Shown here: piece after piece, positions 29,346-39,900 of the stretch
Position numbering within the stretch: the first letter of the stretch is position 1
Layout of the letters: each line of letters starts with the position of its first letter
Source of the DNA: an uncultured Candidatus Saccharibacteria bacterium
GTDB lineage: Bacteria > Patescibacteriota > Minisyncoccia > Phycocordibacterales > UBA1006
Assembly: GCA_964601935.1 (NCBI GenBank)
Contig: CAZROP010000001.1
Coordinates: forward strand, 20,127-84,126
Length of the DNA stretch: 64,000 nucleotides
Direction: 5' to 3'
Translations under genes and position numbers: made by a program
Notes under the pieces: model-generated
What the model was told of the DNA's origin: nothing
Databases searched by the model: none
Seen by the model: only the letters and a program-made list of their open reading frames with translations

Positions 29346-29630
29346 ATGGCAAAGATCAAGAATCACAAATCAGGGGCAGCAGCTACAGTAGCCCCAAAAA
29401 CTGCGTTGCAAAGGCTTCAAGAGATGGAAGCTAGTTCGTGTAAAAACATACAGGCGACTTTGCAACTAATCTTGCAGGCTTGCTATTCCGCCAAAAGAAA
29501 CCCTATCCTTAAAAGGGTGGACTTCCAAAAATTGAAAACACATCTCGGTGTTGAAGTATTCAAAAGAGAACAAACTTATATAGCTTCATTTTTTGAAGCC
29601 CTCCACAAACAACACCAGCCAGCGAGTTAA
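29346..29630 (+). CDS. Hypothetical protein
   Basis: 94-aa ORF with upstream TTGACA/TACTAT promoter-like elements and a downstream terminator. Confidence 0.6.
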   Translation: MAKIKNHKSGAAATVAPKTALQRLQEMEASSCKNIQATLQLILQACYSAKRNPILKRVDFQKLKTHLGVEVFKREQTYIASFFEALHKQHQPAS

Positions 29631-29660
29631 TTCATAACCTTAACTATTCTAAGCACAAAG

Positions 29661-29700
29661 AAACTCCAACAGTACTCGCTATTCGTACTGTTGGGGTTTT
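29661..29700 (+). terminator. Intrinsic terminator
   Basis: CTCCAACAGTAC/GTACTGTTGGGG stem followed by TTTT. Confidence 0.7.
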
Positions 29701-29777
29701 AATATTCCGGCGGCGAATGGATGCTGGCGTGCGAGATACTGGTATCTCGCCGCCGGAATCCTCCACAGATCTCTGAG

Positions 29778-30680
29778 CTACTTCTTCAACCTCACCACAT
29801 TTTCTATCACTTGAATCATTCCATCTTTTTCTAATCCCTGTACCGCCTTTGCTATTCTATCGTCCTGCGGATCAATAATACCCACCATATTCGCAATCTC
29901 AGAAACTGCGATAGTATCGTGCTGCAGCAACCACTTCACAATACCCGAACGCACCTGTCGTACCGAACCCTCGAATCGTGACTGACGCGTGTAGTGCTTG
30001 CTTTGTGTATTAGGGTTGGACTTCAAAATCTTGGGCAATGTTGCGCCGTAATCCATCATCGCCCAATAAAACTCTCGTGGTGCGAAGGCTAGCCCTAGGT
30101 CTTTGGGCTTCCCTCTTGTGCCTATAGGATTCGCGAGAGGAGGGTTAGGGAGGAGTCGCTGCATCAGATTATCTACAATCTCTTTCATTTTTTCCAAGAC
30201 CTCTTTATCGCTCACCTCTTCTCTCTCGTTAAAAAAATGATGAATCATCACACGGCGAATATTAGTCTCTACGAATATTTCTGGCTCATTCCATACAAAG
30301 GCTCTCACTGCACCGGCAGTATACGGACCGATACTAGGCAATGATTCGAGCGCTGCACGATCCTGAGGAAATGTGCCATTATATTGGGACACTACTACTC
30401 GTGCCAACTGTCCCAAGCGCAATCCACGATTGTTATAACCTAAACCCTGCCAGGCACGCAGAATGTCTTCGTTGGTAGCTTTTGCGAGAGTCATTACATC
30501 AGGAAATAACTGCATCCACTTTTCAAAGTATCCGATTACTCGCGCAACCTGTGTCTGCTGCAGCATAACTTCTGAAACTACAATGTGGTAGGGTGTCAGA
30601 TATTTCCCCTGTCGCCACGGCAAATCATGGCGACCATTCTGTGCGTAGTAGTTTGCCAAAATATCTAAAAATTCATCCAT
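29778..30680 (-). CDS. mutY: A/G-specific adenine glycosylase (MutY-like, no Fe-S cysteines)
   Basis: RHDLPWR, VSEVMLQQTQV.RV, WQGLGY, LPSIGPYTA and ETNIRRV motifs; no Cys cluster after MDYGA. Confidence 0.9.
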   Translation of the reverse strand: MDEFLDILANYYAQNGRHDLPWRQGKYLTPYHIVVSEVMLQQTQVARVIGYFEKWMQLFPDVMTLAKATNEDILRAWQGLGYNNRGLRLGQLARVVVSQYNGTFPQDRAALESLPSIGPYTAGAVRAFVWNEPEIFVETNIRRVMIHHFFNEREEVSDKEVLEKMKEIVDNLMQRLLPNPPLANPIGTRGKPKDLGLAFAPREFYWAMMDYGATLPKILKSNPNTQSKHYTRQSRFEGSVRQVRSGIVKWLLQHDTIAVSEIANMVGIIDPQDDRIAKAVQGLEKDGMIQVIENVVRLKK

Positions 30681-30798
30681 AAATATCATAGTACACACTA
30701 CGTGTCGAATCTCAAGACGCATATCAATCACTGGTTATCCACAAATTATATCCCGAGCCGCAACTTGGCCCCCATACAGACGCTATAATATATTTGTA

Positions 30799-31209
30799 TA
30801 TGAAAACACCCTACCTAGTATCTCTCATTGTATTACTCGCGACCGGCACCTACGCCCTCGCTCAACTCACCCCACCTCTCCAAACACCTACCTGTAGTCC
30901 TACATCAGCAGGGTGTCAGATAGCACCTCCTATCAATGCAGGAACATATTATCAGGAGAAGAAGTCTAATGTGGTGGTACGTTTGCCTGTTGCATCTTCA
31001 AGTATTCTTCCCTTCTTGGATCCTACATGGAATCCTGTACTACAGAACTATCCTGCAGCGACTCCTTCTCATTTTGGGTTTGATACTAACGGTTATGTAC
31101 GTGGACAGGGTGTGATTGCGAATAAAACGTTGAAGGTTGGAAAGGATTGGGTTATTACAACACCGAATACACCTCCTGTGGGCGAGTTGTTTATTCCTTA
31201 TGCGTCGGA
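30799..31209 (+). repeat. 411-bp exact direct repeat, copy 1 (copy 2 at 32097-32507)
   Basis: Identical by eye from TATGAAAACACC to GCGTCGGA. Confidence 0.9.
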
Positions 31210-31912
31210 ACCGCAAACTAGTACCGTCTCAGAGCGACCTCTCTGTGTAGTCAAGGGTACCGGCCTCATAAAAAGGTGTGTATCTGCAACGACTGTAGCA
31301 GAACCATCAGTTAACGTCACGGCATCTACAACAGCACTGGGTAGTGCTGGAGGTAATGTTACCTACACATGGACATCTACGAATACAGACTCCTGTGGAT
31401 TCATAAATGGCCCATCATATATCAGTTATGTGCCCGGAGGAACACCTAGCAATACATCCGGCAGCGTTGCGATGGCATATCCTGCAAACTCTTCAGGAGC
31501 ACATCGGCAGTACAAATTCGGAGTCTATTGTTACAAGGCTGTAACAGGTGGCGCCAACAAAACAGTTATTGATGACGTAGCACTGACTGTATTCGGCAGC
31601 ACTCCACCACCGCCATTACCTACCGTAACGGTTCTAACTCCTATCGAAAGCCATGATCTTGATAACCCAAATACGCCGTTTACTGTGCAGTATGAAGTAG
31701 CCAATGCAACATCATGTGCATACTCATGGAATACTCGACCTGCTAGCAGTACATTTACTCCTGTTAGTCAAACAACACCGACAAATGGTATCTATTCACT
31801 AACTCTAAACCTATTACCTGCGGGTCCTAGTACTCATTACGGGGTGAACATAACCTGTACCAACAGTACAGGTAGTACCACCCAGTGGTATCGAATTTAC
31901 TACGGAATATAG
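30800..31912 (+). CDS. Secreted Thr/Ser/Cys-rich surface protein, paralog A
   Basis: Signal peptide MKTPYLVSLIVLLATGTYALA; W.S.N...C Ig-like modules; TATAAT upstream. Confidence 0.8.
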   Translation: MKTPYLVSLIVLLATGTYALAQLTPPLQTPTCSPTSAGCQIAPPINAGTYYQEKKSNVVVRLPVASSSILPFLDPTWNPVLQNYPAATPSHFGFDTNGYVRGQGVIANKTLKVGKDWVITTPNTPPVGELFIPYASEPQTSTVSERPLCVVKGTGLIKRCVSATTVAEPSVNVTASTTALGSAGGNVTYTWTSTNTDSCGFINGPSYISYVPGGTPSNTSGSVAMAYPANSSGAHRQYKFGVYCYKAVTGGANKTVIDDVALTVFGSTPPPPLPTVTVLTPIESHDLDNPNTPFTVQYEVANATSCAYSWNTRPASSTFTPVSQTTPTNGIYSLTLNLLPAGPSTHYGVNITCTNSTGSTTQWYRIYYGI

Positions 31913-31943
31913 TAATGGTGAGTAATCTACTCACTGATTCCTT

Positions 31944-31976
31944 ACAAAACAGCCTCAACTTCTGAGGCTGTTTTGT
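31944..31976 (+). terminator. Intrinsic terminator
   Basis: ACAAAACAGCCTCA/TGAGGCTGTTTTGT inverted repeat. Confidence 0.75.
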
Positions 31977-32096
31977 TTGGTATAGAGAAATCTATTATCA
32001 ATAAAGGTTATTACTGTTTCAGTTACAACTTTATCCACAAACAGAGGAATCCTGGAACAACTATTGAGTAATGGAACACGTTATACTGTATCTACC

Positions 32097-32507
32097 TATG
32101 AAAACACCCTACCTAGTATCTCTCATTGTATTACTCGCGACCGGCACCTACGCCCTCGCTCAACTCACCCCACCTCTCCAAACACCTACCTGTAGTCCTA
32201 CATCAGCAGGGTGTCAGATAGCACCTCCTATCAATGCAGGAACATATTATCAGGAGAAGAAGTCTAATGTGGTGGTACGTTTGCCTGTTGCATCTTCAAG
32301 TATTCTTCCCTTCTTGGATCCTACATGGAATCCTGTACTACAGAACTATCCTGCAGCGACTCCTTCTCATTTTGGGTTTGATACTAACGGTTATGTACGT
32401 GGACAGGGTGTGATTGCGAATAAAACGTTGAAGGTTGGAAAGGATTGGGTTATTACAACACCGAATACACCTCCTGTGGGCGAGTTGTTTATTCCTTATG
32501 CGTCGGA
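32097..32507 (+). repeat. 411-bp exact direct repeat, copy 2
   Basis: Identical to 30799-31209. Confidence 0.9.
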
Positions 32508-33315
32508 TCATCAGACAAACGCAAAGTCAGAAAAGGTTCTCTGCGTCGCAAAGGGAACGGGTCTAATAAAACAGTGTAGCCCTGCAACAGTCCCAACCCA
32601 GGGAACAACTGCCAGCACACCACTGACTGCAACATTAACAGCATCACAATCAACTGTCACAACGACTGTACCCAGCTCTATTTTGACCTGGACATCAACA
32701 GGCGCTACTGAATGTTATCCGGTGAGTGGATGGGGGTTTGATTTTAATACTCGCGCAATATCAGGGACAGAAACAGTGACTCTTACCAACCCCACATCAC
32801 TGTTCGGCGATAACTCGACATTTATTGTAGCCTGTACGAATGCAGCACAGAACGTGGTCTTTGCCTCTACCAAAATTAATGCTGACCTACGTCCTGTTAT
32901 AGGTACATTCTGTGCAACACCGTATAAAAACCTTGGATCAGGTTGGCAGCCTACAGGGGGATGTACCAAAGTCATAAATGGTGCGTACGACAATAACGAA
33001 TACTTTGTTACTCACCTGAACGTGACCAGCCCTAATGGGTCACCAGTACAATGTAAAGCGCGAACAGTTGCTAGTAATATTGCAGGATCTAACACGTGGA
33101 GCTTCCTCGCAAGTGGTGTGTGGACGACATCAAAGACTGTACCAACAGGGGTAATCGTCAGTGGCGGCACACCTAATGCTTGTCTGAATGGCTGTCAGTA
33201 TGATGAAATTGTCTCTGCTCCTTATACTTCTGCACAACTGCAAGTAGAATGCACCAATACTGCAGGAACATCTGGCGATAGCATCATTCTTACCACAGGA
33301 CTATCTACTGATTAG
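32098..33315 (+). CDS. Secreted Thr/Ser/Cys-rich surface protein, paralog B
   Basis: First ~136 aa identical to paralog A, divergent C-terminus; TATACT upstream of ATG 32098. Confidence 0.8.
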   Translation: MKTPYLVSLIVLLATGTYALAQLTPPLQTPTCSPTSAGCQIAPPINAGTYYQEKKSNVVVRLPVASSSILPFLDPTWNPVLQNYPAATPSHFGFDTNGYVRGQGVIANKTLKVGKDWVITTPNTPPVGELFIPYASDHQTNAKSEKVLCVAKGTGLIKQCSPATVPTQGTTASTPLTATLTASQSTVTTTVPSSILTWTSTGATECYPVSGWGFDFNTRAISGTETVTLTNPTSLFGDNSTFIVACTNAAQNVVFASTKINADLRPVIGTFCATPYKNLGSGWQPTGGCTKVINGAYDNNEYFVTHLNVTSPNGSPVQCKARTVASNIAGSNTWSFLASGVWTTSKTVPTGVIVSGGTPNACLNGCQYDEIVSAPYTSAQLQVECTNTAGTSGDSIILTTGLSTD

Positions 33316-33329
33316 GCTCATAATTAAAT

Positions 33330-33361
33330 ATAAAACCCCTCGCACTTGCGAGGGGTTTTAT
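33330..33361. terminator. Bidirectional terminator
   Basis: ATAAAACCCCTCGCA/TGCGAGGGGTTTTAT between convergent genes. Confidence 0.75.
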
Positions 33362-33396
33362 TTCATGACTTACAACTTCAAATTAAAGTAACTATA

Positions 33397-35193
33397 TTAC
33401 TTAGATCTTCCACCACGTGCACGCTCTGATTCTGTCAGATACTGCTTGCGCAAACGTACAGATTTTGGTGTGATCTCTAACAACTCATCATCTTTCATAA
33501 CCTCCAAGCCTCGTTCGATACTCAACGTATACGGGGGTACGAGGTTAATCGCCTCGTCGTTACCACTCGAACGAACATTGGACTGGTTCTTACCTTTTAT
33601 AGGGTTTACCGTCATTTCTTCTCCCTTGCTCGTGTTTCCAATAACCATTCCTTCGTATACCGGCTCTGCGTGACCAATATAGAGCAGTCCGCGATCCTGT
33701 AAATTCCACAGGGCATACCCTGCAGCAACTCCTGAAATCATAGAAATCATAGATCCAGCAATATGTTTTTTGATTTCACCTGCATGAGGACGGAATGCCA
33801 AGAAACGAGCAGCAATGATACCGAGCCCCTTTGTCGCAACAACAAACTCTCCACGATAACCAATCAGTCCGCGTGTAGGAATTTCGAATGTAAGACGTGT
33901 TGTTTTATCGCGTTCTTCCATATTCATCAGCATGCCTTTGCGGCGATTCACTGTATCAATAATTCCTCCAGAAAATTCTGTAGGAACATCAATAGTCAAC
34001 TCTTCGTACGGCTCAGTGATACTACCATCTTCCTCTCTCCGTGTTATTGCTTGTGGCTGAGACACTGCCATTTCGAATCCTTCGCGACGCATTTGCTCCA
34101 ACAACACAGCTATATGCAGCTCACCACGTCCACAGAGCAGTGCATTACCGTCCTCGAATGTGATTCTCATACCAACGTTCGTTTCCAATTCTCGTTCTAA
34201 TCGTTCTTTAATCTGGCGCCCTGTTACAAATTTGCCCTCCTTTCCAGCGAACGGAGAGTCATTTGCCATAACCACCACTGATATGGTTGGCTCATCAATA
34301 GCAATAGACGGTAACAAAGGCGTGTCGAGGTCGGTTACGATCGTCTCTCCAATCATTGCGTTAGCATTTCCTGCTATTACTCCAATATCACCTGCTGATA
34401 ATACCGGAACAGCTTCACGCTCAATGCCGCGAAATGAGTAGAGTTTTGTAATACGGAATGTTGTCTTGCTGCCATTCCCATCAACTGAGTGTACCTGAGA
34501 GCCGTCTTTTATAGACCCCTGGTACACGCGCGCTACAGACAAACGACCCAAGAAATTATCATAACCCAGAGAAAAGGTCTGAGCCTGAAATGGTAAGTCA
34601 ACAGTTAGCGCTGCGTTTGAAGTATGCTCCAACACAGTGTCCAGCAATGGTGAAAGATCAACTTTATCATCATTCAGATTCTTCATCGCAACTCCCTCGC
34701 GACCGATTGCATATACGACAGGAAATTCTATTTGATGATCGTCAGCCCCTAATTCCAGGAATAATTCGAGTACAGCATCCAGCGTAGCTGCCGGGTTTGC
34801 TGCTGGCTTGTCAATTTTGTTCAATACCACAATAGGTCGCAATCCTAATTCCAAAGATTTCTTTAACACAAAACGTGTCTGAGGCATGGGGCCTTCCTGG
34901 GCATCTACCAGAAGTAGCACAGTATCAATAGAGCGTAGTACACGCTCTACCTCGGATCCGAAATCAGCGTGACCCGGTGTGTCTACAATATTTATTTTTA
35001 TATCTTTCCATACCAGCGAGGTATTTTTTGCATAAATAGTAATACCTCTCTCCCCTTCCAGCTGATTACTGTCCATGGTACTACCCTCGTTCCATACACC
35101 ACAAAACTGCATTAGCTTGTCAGTAAGCGTGGTCTTGCCGTGGTCAACATGGGCAATAATTGCAATATTTCTAATATCAGAGAATTGTGACAT
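33397..35193 (-). CDS. typA: Translational GTPase TypA/BipA
   Basis: IAHVDHGKTTL, ERGITI, DTPGHADF, GRGELHI and EITPKSVRLRK motifs. Confidence 0.96.
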   Translation of the reverse strand: MSQFSDIRNIAIIAHVDHGKTTLTDKLMQFCGVWNEGSTMDSNQLEGERGITIYAKNTSLVWKDIKINIVDTPGHADFGSEVERVLRSIDTVLLLVDAQEGPMPQTRFVLKKSLELGLRPIVVLNKIDKPAANPAATLDAVLELFLELGADDHQIEFPVVYAIGREGVAMKNLNDDKVDLSPLLDTVLEHTSNAALTVDLPFQAQTFSLGYDNFLGRLSVARVYQGSIKDGSQVHSVDGNGSKTTFRITKLYSFRGIEREAVPVLSAGDIGVIAGNANAMIGETIVTDLDTPLLPSIAIDEPTISVVVMANDSPFAGKEGKFVTGRQIKERLERELETNVGMRITFEDGNALLCGRGELHIAVLLEQMRREGFEMAVSQPQAITRREEDGSITEPYEELTIDVPTEFSGGIIDTVNRRKGMLMNMEERDKTTRLTFEIPTRGLIGYRGEFVVATKGLGIIAARFLAFRPHAGEIKKHIAGSMISMISGVAAGYALWNLQDRGLLYIGHAEPVYEGMVIGNTSKGEEMTVNPIKGKNQSNVRSSGNDEAINLVPPYTLSIERGLEVMKDDELLEITPKSVRLRKQYLTESERARGGRSK

Positions 35194-35273
35194 AGCTGTT
35201 CTAAACTATCATACACAGGCAGTATTGTCAAAACAGCGAAGGATTACACCCTGCTATCAATAAGGTGTGTTTA

Positions 35274-36155
35274 CTACATCTGGTGTAGCCGTGCTATACG
35301 TTCCTCCACAGGAGGATGTGACGCCAGTAATCGTGCAGGTGCCAGCGAACCGAATGGATTACTAATATACATATGGGCTGTCGCCGTATGAGCATGCTCC
35401 AGAGGATGATCATAACTACTGATTTTACTCAACGCATTCGCCAATCCACGAGGGTTACCGGTGATCAGTGCACCGGTACTATCTGCCAGGTACTCTCGCT
35501 TTCGTGATACTGCAGCTACAATCATTGCTGCGCCTATCTGCGCCAGTATTCCTGACACGATTACTGCAACGAATCCCAGAATTCCGCGACTATCATCATC
35601 TCCTAATAATGCATTTCTACCGAGCATGTCAGCCACAATTGCGACAAACCCTGCAACAATGGTCGCCACCGACATCAATAATATATCTTTGTTTCCAATG
35701 TGCGCCAATTCATGGGCTATTACTCCTGCAAACTCTTCTTGATCCAAACGTTGTATTAAACCTACAGTCACCGCAACAGCGCTATGATCTTTATTACGAC
35801 CCGTTGCAAATGCGTTAGGCGCTTGGTCTGGAATTATGTAGAGGCGCGGCATAGGCAGTTGGGCACGCATGGTTAACTCGCGTACAGTGCGATAATAGTT
35901 GGGATATTCTAATTCTGTAGCCAACTCAGCACCTGCCATTCGTATAGCAATCTTATCAGAAAACCAATATGATACGATATTCATTACTACAGAAAACCCT
36001 ATCATGATATAGAGAAGTGAAGGGTTCTGAAAACGAACTGATAGCCAATAACCAATGGCGATTACGACGACCAGAAACAATCCCATAATTGTATAGGTCT
36101 TTGTCGTAGCTGCAGCCTGGTGGGTAAATAACTTTGACTGTATAAATTGTGCCAT
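35274..36155 (-). CDS. htpX: M48 zinc metalloprotease HtpX
   Basis: PNAFATGR, AHELAH, SRKREYLAD and SHPPVEERI motifs. Confidence 0.93.
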   Translation of the reverse strand: MAQFIQSKLFTHQAAATTKTYTIMGLFLVVVIAIGYWLSVRFQNPSLLYIMIGFSVVMNIVSYWFSDKIAIRMAGAELATELEYPNYYRTVRELTMRAQLPMPRLYIIPDQAPNAFATGRNKDHSAVAVTVGLIQRLDQEEFAGVIAHELAHIGNKDILLMSVATIVAGFVAIVADMLGRNALLGDDDSRGILGFVAVIVSGILAQIGAAMIVAAVSRKREYLADSTGALITGNPRGLANALSKISSYDHPLEHAHTATAHMYISNPFGSLAPARLLASHPPVEERIARLHQM

Positions 36156-36283
36156 ATGCCATCATTATACTTGAAAAGCTAGTAAAAAAGAATACACTAG
36201 GCTAGTTCTATACGAATCAGCAATTAGCAGATAATCAACGTTAGATCCTATATCTAGAGAGGATCGACACCTACTACAACCTT

Positions 36284-36883
36284 ATGTCACTACTCGACTA
36301 CAACGAAATTCGCGAAAAGAAGGTAATTATTTATGACGATGAACCGTGCCTGGTAGTATCATCCCACGTCGCACGCACACAAATGCGCAAGCCGACCAAC
36401 CAAACAAAACTGAAATCGCTCATTTCTGGAAAGGTATTCCAGGCAGTATTCCAGGCAAGCGATCGCGCAGAAGAGGCCGACATTGAAAAACGTGTTTCAA
36501 AGTTTCTCTACGCACAGCCACAGAAAAACGAGTGGTGGTTTGCCACTATCGAGGACACCAAGGATAGATTCAAACTAACAAGAGACGAGATTGGTGAAGC
36601 GGCAAAATGGATTCGTGAAGGATCTGACGTTACCATTAAATTCTTTTTGAAAGATGATGACGAAGAAGTAGTGATTGGAGCAGAAACACCTATAAAGGTA
36701 GAGCTGACAGTAAAGGAAGCGCCCCCTAATGTACGTGGTGACACTGCAACAGGCGGGCGCAAGACCGTTCTACTAGAGAACGGAACCGAGTTATCGGGTG
36801 TACCATTATTTATAGAGGCTGGTGATATTATTCGCATCAACACCGAACTAGGTGAATATGTGGAACGTGTAGAAAAACGATAG
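36284..36883 (+). CDS. efp: Elongation factor P with atypical loop
   Basis: APPNVRGDTATG.K..LENG, VPLFI..GD.I.INT..GEYVER; RTQMRKP replaces PGKG. Confidence 0.92.
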   Translation: MSLLDYNEIREKKVIIYDDEPCLVVSSHVARTQMRKPTNQTKLKSLISGKVFQAVFQASDRAEEADIEKRVSKFLYAQPQKNEWWFATIEDTKDRFKLTRDEIGEAAKWIREGSDVTIKFFLKDDDEEVVIGAETPIKVELTVKEAPPNVRGDTATGGRKTVLLENGTELSGVPLFIEAGDIIRINTELGEYVERVEKR

Positions 36884-36920
36884 TGAAAAGCCCTCACCTA
36901 GGTGAGGGCTTTTCACTATC
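36879..36920. terminator. Perfect 42-bp palindrome between convergent genes, likely bidirectional terminator
   Basis: GATAGTGAAAAGCCCTCACCT|AGGTGAGGGCTTTTCACTATC. Confidence 0.75.
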
Positions 36921-36923
36921 TAA

Positions 36924-39900
36924 TTATTTGGGGCATTCAGCCAGTGTTTTGAGCTTTGCACCCAACACCGCGGTATATACTCCCGTTTCTGTAAGTCCTA
37001 ATCGGTTTTGTAGCAATCTGATATATGCTTTAGATGACCTCCCATACACTCCGTCTACTACTATTTCTCCTTTCATTACGTACGCTATGAATCTCTGTAA
37101 TGAGGCTACAGATGACTTAGGACTGAGTGAAGATATAGTTGTTAGTGGAAGAGCTGAACAAGCAGTCTCTAATACAACGTCAGGGATACCTGACACATGA
37201 CATTGAATATCACTGTGTAATGGAAGTACGGGGTATGTATCGAACGCACGAGAGAACCCACGCAAATCGATCCCCTTCCCAGTCAAAATGGTAACATTCG
37301 GTAAACTACCATACACAGCTTTCTGGTCAACAGATAACTGTGAATCTATAACCTTGTAGGCAGAGGTACAAGTAGGCAATACTTCTCCTCCTGATGCATA
37401 GGTTGTAGGCTTCTTAGTCTTCTTTGCATTATAGAGCTCTATCAGTTTTGTCATGAATGGATTACTGAGGATATTTGTTTCTACAGGTATATTGTTCTTC
37501 TTATGGAGATCAGTGATTGCTTTGGTTGTTGTTGTGTTTTGTCTTCCTGTGATAGTTGTTTTGTAACCTAGAGTACGAAGCATGGATTGGATGGATTTCC
37601 AGTCTACTTTTCCGGTGGGGGTGGTGGTTGAGATGGGTTGCGTTGAAGAAAGAGTAGGTGTTGGTATATCTGCAGCTTTAGTGACAATCGGAACAGGGAT
37701 GATTGGTATTACTCCACCGCCCCCACCAGAAGAAGACTGTGGTGGAGTAACTATTAGGGGAGAAAACCATCCCGTGGTATTTCCTACGTTAGTGCTGTTG
37801 GCAGGATCTACAGGAGTGGAAAAGACTGATGAATTGTCAGTAATGACACTATCCTTGATCGATAGAAATCCCGAACTTACAAAGGTAGAACTACCAGCCA
37901 TATCTATGGTTGCAGCAGTGTCCGGCATAGAAGAAACTATTGAGAGCCTATCGTTTGCATCTAGACCATTTAGAGTGAGCACTCCTGCTACAGTCTGGGT
38001 ACCACCTGTTGGTAATGTAATGACAGCAGGAGTAGAATTGTTAGAACTATCAGAAAAAGTAAGGTTGTTCCAGGTAGTGGCACCAGTGAGAGCGTGGTCG
38101 TCGCCCGAACTGAATACTACAGTACCGTTGTTATGGTTAAAGGTTCCTGTGTTGGTGAAGGTGCCAGCTATATTAAGAGTGTCTGAAGGGGCGGTGAACG
38201 TTCCTTGGTTAACCATACTACCTGTACCACCACCTGTATTCAGAGTAATTGTCTCTCCCGACGTAAACATAGATCCTGAAGGAATAAAAAATGTACCCGC
38301 CGTTATAAAGACAACTTCGTGAGGTAGAGTGCCCATGAGGCTACTTATGGGTATACTGGGGTCACCACTTTTTGCAAGCACCAGATCTGCGTTGGTCATT
38401 GCTCCATCAGAAATACGTAAAATCTTATCCAGCGCCAGGTGTCCTTCATGGTCGACAAAATCACCACCTACTAACACCTTTCCGCCAGGCTGCACTGCAA
38501 ATGAATACACACTTGCACTAAGCGCTGATGGAATGAACGTAGTATCTCGTGTTCCGTCCGTGTTCAGACGAGTTATTTTATCTAGATTAGATTGACCATT
38601 ATAGTCATTAAAATTTCCACCTACCAGAATCTTTCCATCTGGCTGCAGAGCTAATGTATACACACCTGCCCCAAACCCTGCTGGAACCATGAAACTTGTA
38701 TCTCGTGTTCCGTCCGTGTTCAGACGAGCGATTCTATCCAAATTAGGCTGAGCATCATAATTTTGGAACTCTCCTCCTACAAGTATCTTTCCATCTGGCT
38801 GTATCACAATATTATATACATAATCACTGAGAGCTACCGACGGAACGAATGTTGTATCTCGTGTTCCATCAGCGTTGATACGAGCCAAATAAGCAAGCTC
38901 TGGCAGAGCATCGTAACTCTCGAAGAATCCTCCTACAAGTATCTTTCCATCTGGCTGGATCGCCGCGCTCTGCACGATCTGGCCAAATGCCACCGCAGGA
39001 GCGAACGTTGTATCTCGCGTTCCATCAGTATTCAGACGAGCAATTCCGTCCAGATTGGGCTCCGAATCATAATCTGTAAAACTACCTGCAATTACAATAC
39101 GCTCATCAGCATCTAGATTAATAGAGGATACAGAACCCGTCGAAGCACCGACCGGGATAAAACTAGTGTCACGACTACCGTTCGTATTCAGACGAGCAAT
39201 CCTATCCAGGTTAGCCTGCGCACCATAATCAGTAAAACCACCACCGACCAAAATCTTTCCATCTGACTGTAAAGCCAATGAATTTATACTTGCGTTAAAC
39301 GCGGCAAAAATAGAGAAGCCTGTATCTCGTGTTCCGTCAGCATTAAGACGAGCAATATAGTCCAGATTAGCTTGACCATCGTAGTCGGTGAAATTTCCAC
39401 CTATAACTATCTTCCCATCAGGCTGAACAACTATTGCATTAACAGTATTATTCAATGATGCGGCTGGAGAAAATGCAGGATCGTTAATTCCACCCCTATC
39501 CAATCCCCACACCGTCACCCTATCAGCATAAATATCCAACCCCGTGAGACTGATACCATCTTTTCTAGCCACAGCCACCCCTGCCTCGTCCTCAATATAC
39601 AGAGTAATGATATCGCCATCGTAAAGCTGTACTCCGCTAAATGAATACGCGCCACCACTAGTTACAGCTGTATTTATAGATACACCATTAACAAACAGTT
39701 GCACCGTAATATTATCCGCCACAGGGGTTATGCCATCATTAGCATATACATTTCCCGATATAGTATACCTAGGAGGAAATGCCATATCCAAAACAGAGAT
39801 AAAAGCATCTGTGCCTCCTGCTAATTCTGCCTGATATACTCCTGCAGTCGTAGGAAACGCCGTACCTGTTTGCCCTGTTAGGTATATATTATTGGTAGAA

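Noticed and set aside
30799-33315. Diversity-generating retroelement or shufflon
   Set aside because: No reverse transcriptase or recombinase, no adenine-specific mismatch pair, and the repeats are exact and direct.
37582-38322. 246-aa plus-strand ORF and similar antisense ORFs
   Set aside because: Shadow frames of well-supported genes on the opposite strand.
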